A stretch of 20,000 nt of DNA from an uncultured virus (IMG/VR IMGVR_UViG_3300025382_000006). Taxonomy: Duplodnaviria; Heunggongvirae; Uroviricota; Caudoviricetes. Below the pieces are notes generated by a model. The model was not told the origin of the DNA, made no database searches, and saw only the letters and a program-made list of their open reading frames with translations. A program made the translations under genes and the position numbers. The stretch lies in the IMG/VR virus record IMGVR_UViG_3300025382_000006. One strand, 5' to 3'. Numbering within the stretch: the stretch's first letter is position 1; the number at the start of each line of letters is the position of its first letter. This document shows, piece after piece, positions 1-6,255 of this stretch.

Positions 1-2
1 AT

Positions 3-1913
3 GCGTCAACTGACGCAACTGGCAATTTTACATTGACCGTTAGCAATACCAATGGTAGAATAAGTTGGAACAGCGCCAACAGCGGTGTGTTTAGAAGCAC
101 TTATATAGGCGACGCCATGGGCGACTATATTGCCGGTGGGCCAAACTATGGCGCAGGTAGCCAGAGTTATACAGTATTTGTGGCATATAAGTTGGCCACG
201 TCAAGTTCAGGACGTTTAATCAATACCAATAATGAAACCCTTGGCGATTTTGTCATGGCTGGCTATAATGGTAAACCCAAAGTGTATTACAGCAATGGTG
301 TCACCATTAACTTGAGTGGAGAAACAGCAGATACTGTATGGCATTTGGACTGGGCAGTGTATGACAACACATCAGGTGTGGGCAAAATCTATTCAGCAAC
401 AAACAGTCAACCTTTGAGCTCTGCCTACTCAGTAACCAATAGTTCCATTAGAGGACCCAATCAATTGAGATTGTTCAACAGAGCAAGCGGTACAGAAGCC
501 GCACCCGCAGACATTGGTGTTATCAAGGTATGGAATGGTGCGCTGACCCTGGCACAGATACAAACTGAGTGGGCCGCCTACTACGCAAGATACTATTCTG
601 CTAATCCCAGCAGTCAATATTATTTTGCCATATGTAATTTTGGTGTCAACACCGGAGCTGGACTTGGGTTTGACATACAGACCACCACCGCCTACACAGT
701 ACCGAGCGGATTTACATTTGTTAGCAATGCCACGTTTGATCCAGCACATAATGGTACTGGTAATACACTGAGTAACGGTAATTTGTCAATGAGAGCATTA
801 ACCGGTAATAATACCACTACAACTACCTATGCTATCGGTGTGAACGACAAAGTCATGATGAGTTTTAAGTATGTCTATACTGCTGTGTGGCCTGCGGCGG
901 ACAACGGAATCGTTGGAATTGCTAAACAATCGATCGTTACATCTACAGGGCAATGGCCTGGCAGCTTGGGCAACATTCCAGCCACGTATGCGGCTGGTAT
1001 ATATGACGACGGCCGCACCATAATCACATCGTCGGCTGGTACAGCTGAAGATTTTAATGCTGGTACACGAAAAGCTAGAATATATAATCCCAACGACATC
1101 ATTGATGTGGCAGTAGATGCGGCCAACAACAAAATGTGGTTTAGAATCAACGGAAATCCTTGGATGGCCCTGTATTCTGCTCCTACAACAGATGTAGGTG
1201 CAAATCCTGCAACCAATACTGGCGGATTTGACATTACCAACATAAACATACAAAATCTTGGCAAGTATATGTTGAGTACAACTGGAACTCAATATTTTAA
1301 TATCAATCCCACACCGGTCAGCACTACATGCACCATAGAAGGTTGGTTCTACTGTAATGCCGCCAATTTAACAACCTATGTTCAGGGTTTATTTGACTGG
1401 ATTGGATCAAATGCAGAATTCAGTGCTTATTTTAATACACTTGGAGCCTTGCATTTTGCCAACTCGGGAGGTACAGTCAATGTCACAGCCGCAACTGGCA
1501 CAGGATACACACCCGCTGTCAATACTTGGATGCACTATGCTTTCACTTGGAACAGCACCAGCTCCAGTAGTACAACATATACTGCTTATATGAATGGATA
1601 TTGTATAGGTACAGCTACAGGCTCTGCAAGCCACGACGGTTCAAGCAATCCGCTCAACAGTGTGATGCACGTGGCCTACAACGGCTCTGGTAGTTGGAGA
1701 GGATATATAAGAGATTTTAGAATCAGCAACAACTTGCGATATACTGGCAGCACCGTAGGTACAAACTACTTTACACCAGCTACTAGAGGCACTATACAAA
1801 CTGACAGCAACACCTTAGCCTTGTTTAGTTTGCCAGACAGCACACTGGCTGATAGTTCTAGCAACAATTTGACTATTACAAATACTGGAGTAACTACAAC
1901 TACAGGTACTTAA
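3..1913 (+). CDS. Tail fibre / adhesin-like virion protein with LamG (ConA-like) and SPRY-like domains, 5'-truncated by the window
   Basis: The frame is open from base 3 (ASTDATGNFTL...), so the TTG at 33 is probably not the start. LamG-like motifs: YTVFVAYKL...IGVIKVWNGALT and TIEGWFY...WMHYAFTW...AYMNG...GYIRDFRISNNLRY. SPRY-like motifs: TFDPAHNG..TLSNGNL and DIIDVAVDAANNKMWFRING. Thr/Asn/Ser/Gly-rich. Confidence 0.75.
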   Translation, partial: ASTDATGNFTLTVSNTNGRISWNSANSGVFRSTYIGDAMGDYIAGGPNYGAGSQSYTVFVAYKLATSSSGRLINTNNETLGDFVMAGYNGKPKVYYSNGVTINLSGETADTVWHLDWAVYDNTSGVGKIYSATNSQPLSSAYSVTNSSIRGPNQLRLFNRASGTEAAPADIGVIKVWNGALTLAQIQTEWAAYYARYYSANPSSQYYFAICNFGVNTGAGLGFDIQTTTAYTVPSGFTFVSNATFDPAHNGTGNTLSNGNLSMRALTGNNTTTTTYAIGVNDKVMMSFKYVYTAVWPAADNGIVGIAKQSIVTSTGQWPGSLGNIPATYAAGIYDDGRTIITSSAGTAEDFNAGTRKARIYNPNDIIDVAVDAANNKMWFRINGNPWMALYSAPTTDVGANPATNTGGFDITNINIQNLGKYMLSTTGTQYFNINPTPVSTTCTIEGWFYCNAANLTTYVQGLFDWIGSNAEFSAYFNTLGALHFANSGGTVNVTAATGTGYTPAVNTWMHYAFTWNSTSSSSTTYTAYMNGYCIGTATGSASHDGSSNPLNSVMHVAYNGSGSWRGYIRDFRISNNLRYTGSTVGTNYFTPATRGTIQTDSNTLALFSLPDSTLADSSSNNLTITNTGVTTTTGT

Positions 1914-1930
1914 TAATTACCAAAATACAA

Positions 1931-1936
1931 TAAATA
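1931..1936 (+). promoter_or_regulatory. T4-type late promoter core (TAAATA), 4 nt before the ATG at 1941
   Basis: aaTAAATAcactATG, with no SD motif upstream; the same geometry recurs at other genes. Confidence 0.75.
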
Positions 1937-1940
1937 CACT

Positions 1941-4049
1941 ATGCCATCCTACACCACACTTTCGCAATTATCCACAACCAGCACATTAGCAGATGCTAAT
2001 TTGACCTTGGTTACTGCCACAGTTGGCAGTACTCCAACCAGCCAAAACACCACTTTGCTCACGCTGAAGAACTATGTGTTGGCAGGAACGGCAGCCACCT
2101 CCACAAAACTTTACACACCCCGTACAATCAACGGTGTACAGTTTGATGGTAGTCAGAATATTACAATTCCTTTTGATATTTCAACAGGAAATGCGGCCAC
2201 AGCAACTAAGCTGTACACAGCCCGTACAATTAATGGTGTTAGTTTCGATGGTAGTGCAAACATTACTATTCCTATCACAAGTCTGGCGTTCAGCAATATT
2301 ACCGCTTTACCAACAACTGTTAGCGGATATGGTATTACAGATGCTGTCAGTCTAACTGGCACACAAACGCTAACTAACAAAACATTAACGGCACCAAATA
2401 TTAGCACGATTACTAATACTGGTACATTAACATTGCCAACCAGTGCAGATACACTGGTAGGTCGTGCAACTACTGATACACTAACTAACAAGACTATCAG
2501 CGGTGGTGCCAACACAATTACAAACATTGCCAACTCATCATTGACAAATAGTTCAATAACAATTAATGGTACAACAGCAAGTCTAGGCGGCACATACACT
2601 ATTGGTGCTAATTTGGCCAACGTGTTAACCATTGGTAATGGTATTTTGGCAACTGGTGCAACTACCTACAATGGTAGTGTAGCAGTTACTATTGATTTGA
2701 AACAAGCAACCGACACTCAGCTAGGCGGCGTAATTATTCCGCTAGTAGCAACCAGCGGTATAGTCAACAGTACTGGAACTATAAGTCTTGCTATTGCTAG
2801 TACTACACAGTTAGGCGGAGTCAAAGTAGACGGTACCAGTACAACTGTAACCAATAGTATTATTTCAGCTAACGCAAGCGGTCTAGCTGGTACAACATTA
2901 AAATCAACAGTAGTTAGTTCAAGTTTAACCAGTGTAGGCACATTAACAAGCCTAGCAGTTGGCGGAGATGTAACGACTACACAAACTACACAAAATTTAT
3001 TCAACGCAACTGCAACAACAATTAATTTTGGCGGTGCCGCAACGAATCTTAATATTGGTACCAGTGGCGGTACAACAACAATCACTGGACATGTGTCACT
3101 AGAAGGAGTTACATCTACTGGTGCAACAGGAACAGGTTCTGTAGTATTTGCAACTAGCCCGACATTAACTTCTCCAGTAGTTAGTACAAGTCTAACAACT
3201 GCTAGTACATCTTTCAACTTACTAAACACAACAGCTACCACAGTTAATTTTGCTGGCGCAGGAACAACAGTAAGTATTGGCGCATCAACAGGCACAACTA
3301 CAGTCAATAATGGTTTAACAGTAACTGGCACAACTACTCTCAGCGGTTCTACACAAATAAACGGTAATACTACCTATGCATCTAGCGTACAGATAGCAGG
3401 CGATTTTGATAATGCCACAGTGAACAGCCGCACAGTGTTCACAACTAAAACAACTAATGCTAATCCAGGTATATATGTTGTACCAAACGGCACAGCAACA
3501 GCGGCTTCATGGCAAGCGGCAAACAGCAGTAGTTTAACCAATGCTAGTAAGATCTTAATTGCTACAAATGGTACAACTGATGTACAACTAGTTTCAGGTG
3601 TTAACGGTACAGGAACATATTTACCATTGAGTTTTTATAATGGTGGCAGTCAACAGATGCAGTTGAGTACAACTGGTGTTTTAAGTTTTACCAATCCAAC
3701 TTTAACAACTGCAAGCACTGGTACTGTTAGTCTATTCAATACTAATGCTACAACTATAAATGCTTATGGAGCTGCCACAACAATTAATGAAGGTGCGGCA
3801 GGTGTTACATATTATGTTGGACAAAGCACTGGCAACAGTACATTTAGTGTACTAGGCAACGGTGCCAGCGGCTCGGCAACAATTACAACCAACGTAACTA
3901 GCGGTACAGTTAACTTGTTTGCTGGTGTAACTGGTACGATGACAGTTGGATCCAGCACTGGCACTACTAATTTCCCAGGAACACTAAAACAAAACGGAGT
4001 AGTAGTACCTAACTTGACTACCATGTTAGCCTATCAACTAGCACTCTAA
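1941..4049 (+). CDS. Thr/Ser/Gly-rich tail fibre-like structural protein (702 aa)
   Basis: Contains repeat types typical of phage fibres: 2x ATxTKLYTxRTINGVxFDGSxNITIP, 2x TxTLTNKT, 2x AxxTQLGGV, and 3x (N/S)L(F/L)NxxATTxNxxGAxT. Ends in a hydrophobic tail, MLAYQLAL. Confidence 0.75.
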   Translation: MPSYTTLSQLSTTSTLADANLTLVTATVGSTPTSQNTTLLTLKNYVLAGTAATSTKLYTPRTINGVQFDGSQNITIPFDISTGNAATATKLYTARTINGVSFDGSANITIPITSLAFSNITALPTTVSGYGITDAVSLTGTQTLTNKTLTAPNISTITNTGTLTLPTSADTLVGRATTDTLTNKTISGGANTITNIANSSLTNSSITINGTTASLGGTYTIGANLANVLTIGNGILATGATTYNGSVAVTIDLKQATDTQLGGVIIPLVATSGIVNSTGTISLAIASTTQLGGVKVDGTSTTVTNSIISANASGLAGTTLKSTVVSSSLTSVGTLTSLAVGGDVTTTQTTQNLFNATATTINFGGAATNLNIGTSGGTTTITGHVSLEGVTSTGATGTGSVVFATSPTLTSPVVSTSLTTASTSFNLLNTTATTVNFAGAGTTVSIGASTGTTTVNNGLTVTGTTTLSGSTQINGNTTYASSVQIAGDFDNATVNSRTVFTTKTTNANPGIYVVPNGTATAASWQAANSSSLTNASKILIATNGTTDVQLVSGVNGTGTYLPLSFYNGGSQQMQLSTTGVLSFTNPTLTTASTGTVSLFNTNATTINAYGAATTINEGAAGVTYYVGQSTGNSTFSVLGNGASGSATITTNVTSGTVNLFAGVTGTMTVGSSTGTTNFPGTLKQNGVVVPNLTTMLAYQLAL
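2094..2273 (+). repeat. Internal direct repeat, two diverged copies with a 102 nt (34 aa) period
   Basis: 2094-2171 (ATSTKLYTPRTINGVQFDGSQNITIP) versus 2196-2273 (ATATKLYTARTINGVSFDGSANITIP). Confidence 0.85.
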
Positions 4050-4057
4050 GGACAACT

Positions 4058-4507
4058 ATGAAACAATTATTACCATTTCAACCAATTTTAACTCCAGGTG
4101 CCGCAGGCGTAGGTACACTGGATTTCAGTGCTTACCCAGGCATTTTTAACATCGACAAACTTTATGCAGTAATGGATGTTACAGGAAATACACCGCTTTA
4201 TATTGCAGGTGCTCCAGGATTAGGTATTACCAATATCAACGGTAGTGTAATTACACTGGCTGTTAGTACAGCATCTCTAAATGCAAGTGATAAAATCAAC
4301 GTTTATTATGACACAGCGCCAGGTTATGAGTCTAACAACGTTGCAGAATACGGTGGACAAATACAAAAAATGCAAGAAACTATGGATCAAGTCTTGCAAG
4401 AATTGCGTGTAATGAACATTATTTTGGCTCAAGGGCTAAATATTAATGACGATATCGACGGGTTACGCAATGACGTGCAGACCGTCAACAATAACCCGAT
4501 CAATTAA
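4058..4507 (+). CDS. Hypothetical virion-associated protein (149 aa), beta-rich N-terminus and helical C-terminus
   Basis: SD AAGGA at 4048-4052 overlaps the upstream stop; lies directly after the fibre gene; C-terminal amphipathic helix MDQVLQELRVMNIILAQGL. Confidence 0.7.
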   Translation: MKQLLPFQPILTPGAAGVGTLDFSAYPGIFNIDKLYAVMDVTGNTPLYIAGAPGLGITNINGSVITLAVSTASLNASDKINVYYDTAPGYESNNVAEYGGQIQKMQETMDQVLQELRVMNIILAQGLNINDDIDGLRNDVQTVNNNPIN

Positions 4508-4519
4508 GGAGATTTATAA

Positions 4520-5152
4520 ATGTTAATTCAAGGACAAGTCGGCGCACCAGCAGGTTCTAACCAACCAGGCGCTACCCCAGCAATCCGTCAAGGACAATTA
4601 GGCGATTTAGTAGTTAGCGAACTACACGGTCGTTATTACGAAACAACTTACCGTCGTAACGTGTTTGTTGCAAATACAGCCGCACAAACAGCTTCAAACG
4701 GTATTATTGCACTAGGTTCAGCTTACACAGGTTTGGCATTATTCAACCCATTAGCAAGCTCAGTTAACTTGGTTATCAATAAAGTAGGTTTTGCATTCGT
4801 TGTTGCTCCAACTGCTACACTATATGGTCTAGCAACTGGTGTTACAACACAACCTCCATCAAGCACAACACTAGCTACTACACGTAACGCTTTTGTAAAC
4901 GGCCAAAACGCACAAGGTCAAGGTATTGCTTACTCTGTAGCAACTTTTGGTACAGCGGCTAGCACAGGTGGTACAACTCCAGTAGTTCACACTATTGTTG
5001 GTGCGCAGGCAGCTTCAGTTGGTGGTGCATACTATGATTTGGAAGGTTCATTGATTCTTCCACCAGGTGCATACGCAGAATTTTACCTAAGTGCCGCTTC
5101 AGGTTCATCAGGTACAGCTTATTCAGTACAGTGGGAAGAAGTTCCAGTATAA
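4520..5152 (+). CDS. Hypothetical structural protein (210 aa), probably highly expressed
   Basis: Strong SD AAGGAG at 4506-4511; codon use biased toward GGT/GCT/GCA/CGT, like the sheath gene; Ala/Gly/Thr-rich, with a beta-sandwich-like C-terminus (SLILPPGAY...VQWEEVPV). Confidence 0.75.
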   Translation: MLIQGQVGAPAGSNQPGATPAIRQGQLGDLVVSELHGRYYETTYRRNVFVANTAAQTASNGIIALGSAYTGLALFNPLASSVNLVINKVGFAFVVAPTATLYGLATGVTTQPPSSTTLATTRNAFVNGQNAQGQGIAYSVATFGTAASTGGTTPVVHTIVGAQAASVGGAYYDLEGSLILPPGAYAEFYLSAASGSSGTAYSVQWEEVPV

Positions 5153-5168
5153 TTGAGTAATTAATTAA

Positions 5169-5197
5169 TTGACCCCGTAATAAAAGTGTTATATACT
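5169..5197 (+). promoter_or_regulatory. Sigma70-type (early/middle) promoter for the dNMP kinase gene
   Basis: TTGACC at 5169-5174, a 17 bp spacer, TATACT at 5192-5197, and an AT-rich UP-like stretch upstream. Confidence 0.75.
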
Positions 5198-5220
5198 AGC
5201 ACTACATTACGGGGTTTCTT
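5171..5220 (+). terminator. Long stem-loop (possible terminator and/or RBS-sequestering hairpin)
   Basis: ACCCCGTAAT (5172-5181) pairs perfectly with ATTACGGGGT (5206-5215). The inner stem AGTGTTA/TAGCACT has one G-U pair. It is followed by TTCTT, then the ATG at 5221. Confidence 0.6.
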
Positions 5221-5910
5221 ATGATTATAGGTGTATGCGGATTTATTGGTTCTGGCAAAGACACTATTGCCGATTATTTGACTAACTTTCATGGATTTAG
5301 ACGAGAAAGTTTTGCCAACAGTTTGAAAGATGCAGTAGCCCAAGTATTTGGTTGGGATAGAACCATGTTGGAAGGGCGTACAAAAATGGCCCGCGAATGG
5401 CGTGAACAGGTAGATCCTTGGTGGAGTGCCCGACTTGATATGCCTAATCTTACTCCTCGATGGGTACTACAATACTGGGGCACAGAAGTATGTCGCAAGG
5501 CATTCCATGATGATATTTGGATTGCCAGTTTAGAAAATAAATTACGCAATAGTAAAGACGATATTGTTATTAGCGACTGCCGTTTTCCTAACGAAATTAA
5601 ATCAATTAAAGCCGCTGGAGGCAAAGTTATTCGTGTGGTCCGTGGCCCTGAACCTGAATGGTATCAAGTGGCAGAATATGCCAATAGCGGATTGGAAATG
5701 TTCAAGGAAAAATTATCTAGTTATGGAATCCATGCTAGTGAAACAGCTTGGGTTGGCACTAAATTTGACCATGTATTAGACAACAATGAAACTATTGATG
5801 ACTTGTACACCCAAGTTAAAGGTGTTATAAATCTGGCACAAGATCACCTTGTCGCCAACGGACACCCTCTTTATGTAGAATCCGCTGACAGTTTGCACAC
5901 ACAGTCTTGA
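5221..5910 (+). CDS. gp1: Deoxynucleoside monophosphate (dNMP) kinase, T4 gp1-like
   Basis: N-terminal P-loop IIGVCGFIGSGKDT; motifs SFANSLKD, TPRWVLQYWGTEVCR, VISDCRFPNE and HASE. Confidence 0.9.
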   Translation: MIIGVCGFIGSGKDTIADYLTNFHGFRRESFANSLKDAVAQVFGWDRTMLEGRTKMAREWREQVDPWWSARLDMPNLTPRWVLQYWGTEVCRKAFHDDIWIASLENKLRNSKDDIVISDCRFPNEIKSIKAAGGKVIRVVRGPEPEWYQVAEYANSGLEMFKEKLSSYGIHASETAWVGTKFDHVLDNNETIDDLYTQVKGVINLAQDHLVANGHPLYVESADSLHTQS

Positions 5911-6151
5911 GATTACTATGGTGGCAGTTATTTAAGTCACCGTCTACATGAAACACATTATACACATCAAGATGCGGACTCCTAAATCCGCATTTATCGC
6001 ATGAGTTTTTCATCTTGTAACCTGCACTTGCCCATCTAGGCACTAGGACTCCCCGCAAACAAGCACCACACTGACTTCTATAGTATGGTCGTTTATTTTT
6101 GTAGTAATTAACAGCTACTGGTGCTCTTCCGCACCCACATAATGGTCTCAT
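5825..6151 (-). CDS. HNH-like zinc-binding protein (108 aa) with a degenerate HNH motif
   Basis: Cys pairs CGC, CGAC, CDKC and CANC; HNH-like segment FHVDGDLNNCHHSNLKTVCANCQR; has its own TAAATA box 4 nt upstream. Confidence 0.75.
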   Translation of the reverse strand: MRPLCGCGRAPVAVNYYKNKRPYYRSQCGACLRGVLVPRWASAGYKMKNSCDKCGFRSPHLDVYNVFHVDGDLNNCHHSNLKTVCANCQRILHKEGVRWRQGDLVPDL

Positions 6152-6155
6152 ATTT

Positions 6156-6161
6156 TATTTA
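6156..6161 (-). promoter_or_regulatory. Late promoter core (TAAATA) on the minus strand, 4 nt before the HNH-like ATG
   Basis: The reverse complement of 6149-6162 reads tTAAATAaaatATG. Confidence 0.7.
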
Positions 6162-6217
6162 AGCCTTTTTTGAACCTTTTTGCCTAGTTATAAACCATCC
6201 ATTTATTCAAATTGCCA

Positions 6218-6223
6218 TAAATA
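6218..6223 (+). promoter_or_regulatory. Late promoter core (TAAATA) for the sheath-tube operon, leadered
   Basis: caTAAATAc lies 32 nt before the ATG at 6256, with SD GGAGA at 6244-6248. Confidence 0.75.
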
Positions 6224-6255
6224 CATTAAGAACATGTACTCATGGAGATAACACA

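Noticed and set aside
33..4049. Diversity-generating retroelement target or template repeats in the fibre genes
   Set aside because: No near-identical ~100 bp repeat pair differing only at adenines was seen, and there is no reverse transcriptase in the window. The 102 nt period repeat differs at all base types.
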